Positions 4,586-5,723 of a stretch of DNA of 5,723 nt are shown piece after piece. The translations under genes and the position numbers were made by a program. Position 1 is the first letter of the stretch. Each line of letters begins with the position of its first letter. The notes beneath the pieces were generated by a model. It saw nothing but the letters and a program-made list of their open reading frames with translations, searched no databases and was not told the origin of the DNA. The stretch is from Candidatus Hermodarchaeota archaeon (GTDB taxonomy: Archaea > Asgardarchaeota > Heimdallarchaeia > Hodarchaeales > Hodarchaeaceae), in assembly GCA_048886185.1 (NCBI GenBank), contig JBHLKY010000060.1, positions 1 to 5,723 of the forward strand. Reading direction: 5' to 3'.

Positions 4586-5723
4586 CTATTTTTTAAATAC
4601 TTGCTCGGGGTAGTGTTTTTTGCCCATGGACTGGATCATTGTATGGAAATCTAATCCTACATATGCTGCTGATCGTTTTAATGTCTCGATTTGGTCCTCG
4701 CTATAAGGAATTCCTTCCTTTAATGAGTATTTAATGGCCTCATTGGCCCGATCTCCAGGCCATCTTGAACTTGGTCCGAAATACTTTATTTCATAATCCT
4801 TCATAAGCTCCCTCACGCGTTGAACGGCATCCTCTTTTGAATATAGAAAATCAATCATTTGAGCTTCAAAAATATGAGAAATTCTTCTTCTTTTGTCCGT
4901 TTTGGCTATAGGTACTTTTTTTATTGGTCCACCTCCAAGTGAATGAATCACTTCAATCATTCTTAGTTGAATATCTCCTTTATATCCCGAATAAGTTGAA
5001 CCATGAGGAAATAGACTCCCTTTCAGATCTCCTCCTTTTGGATCAAATAAATCAAGAGGATCAAACGTTGAATTATAGTCTTTGTCTGCAATATATTCAG
5101 GTATTGTTAATTTTTTTCCAGCTTTTAATGCTTTAATCCCATAGCTAATTGCCATACGTGTTAATGCCATATCTAAGGTCATAATTCCCTCTTCATGCGG
5201 AACTGAGATAGCAATTGGATTAGTTCCTACTCTTACCTCTGTTCCTGCCCCTTTGGTATAATCAAGCCCTTCTGGATCATCTCCCATGGGCCTTGCACAT
5301 GCGATTGTTGTACAACTCACTATCCCAATCATATCAAAGTTCTCTGCTATTTTTGCACTCCATACTCCTGCGGCTCCAAAGTGATTTGCATTATTTACAT
5401 ATACCCTAGCTAAACCCTGACTTCTACCTAACGCTTTAACCTTGTTTACTGCCATCATTGACGTGATATGCCCAGGAGCACCATTGGCGTTAATCACTGC
5501 AATGGATGGATATTTTTGTTTTAGGATAATAGGTTCTGCTACTGGGTTGACAGTAGCTGTTATTCCAACTCGTTTAACAGCTTCTTCTAGGCCTGTTCCT
5601 CCAGCAATACCATGAGAAAATATACCCCGTTTATCAGCTTCCAATAAAGCAAATGCAGTTGCTTGTGCTGATTCTTCAGAGTAGTTGGCCTTCTTTAAAA
5701 CTTCAACTGTAAAACTATAGAGG
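4586..5723 (-). CDS. Ldh_2-family (YiaK/AllD/DpkA/ComC-like) NAD(P)-dependent oxidoreductase, 5'-partial, at least 378 aa
   Basis: The frame stays open upstream of the track's TTG start (5644) to the window edge: LYSFTVEVLKKANYSEESAQATAFALLEADKRGIFSHG, the canonical family N-terminus. It also has NANHFGAAG, GTNPIA, LDMA, GYKG...MIEVI and WPGD...GIP motifs. Confidence 0.92.
   Translation of the reverse strand, partial: LYSFTVEVLKKANYSEESAQATAFALLEADKRGIFSHGIAGGTGLEEAVKRVGITATVNPVAEPIILKQKYPSIAVINANGAPGHITSMMAVNKVKALGRSQGLARVYVNNANHFGAAGVWSAKIAENFDMIGIVSCTTIACARPMGDDPEGLDYTKGAGTEVRVGTNPIAISVPHEEGIMTLDMALTRMAISYGIKALKAGKKLTIPEYIADKDYNSTFDPLDLFDPKGGDLKGSLFPHGSTYSGYKGDIQLRMIEVIHSLGGGPIKKVPIAKTDKRRRISHIFEAQMIDFLYSKEDAVQRVRELMKDYEIKYFGPSSRWPGDRANEAIKYSLKEGIPYSEDQIETLKRSAAYVGLDFHTMIQSMGKKHYPEQVFKK

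Noticed and set aside
4924-5136. 70-aa plus-strand ORF from the track
   Set aside because: It lies antisense within the well-supported Ldh_2 gene and has no motif; a shadow ORF.
5642-5644. TTG start assigned by the ORF track to the oxidoreductase
   Set aside because: The frame continues upstream with family-typical sequence (LYSFTVEVLKKANYSEESAQATAFALL) to the window edge, so the true start is outside the window.

Overview
AT-rich window (roughly 35% GC by hand sampling), most likely archaeal. It holds four protein-coding genes, all on the minus strand. In order of transcription: (1) a 5'-truncated Ldh_2-family (YiaK/AllD/DpkA/ComC-like) oxidoreductase (4586..>5723) that seems to lack the family's conserved substrate-binding Arg; (2) a stand-alone acyltransferase-3 (OpgC/MdoC-like) membrane protein (3032..4267) with a plausible leaderless archaeal promoter; (3) a secreted single-cohesin protein with a C-terminal membrane anchor (1954..2685); (4) overlapping it by 20 nt, a large secreted protein (<1..1973, at least 657 aa) that the ORF track missed because it runs off the window without a stop. 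Gene 4 carries a dockerin domain, a small beta-sandwich, a possibly circularly permuted GATase-like module and about 25 N-glycosylation sequons. The main signal is the coupled cohesin + dockerin gene pair, which looks like a minimal archaeal cellulosome-like surface display system with no recognisable CAZyme domain in the visible part. No RNA genes, CRISPR arrays or mobile elements were seen. All family assignments come from motif recognition by eye, not database searches.
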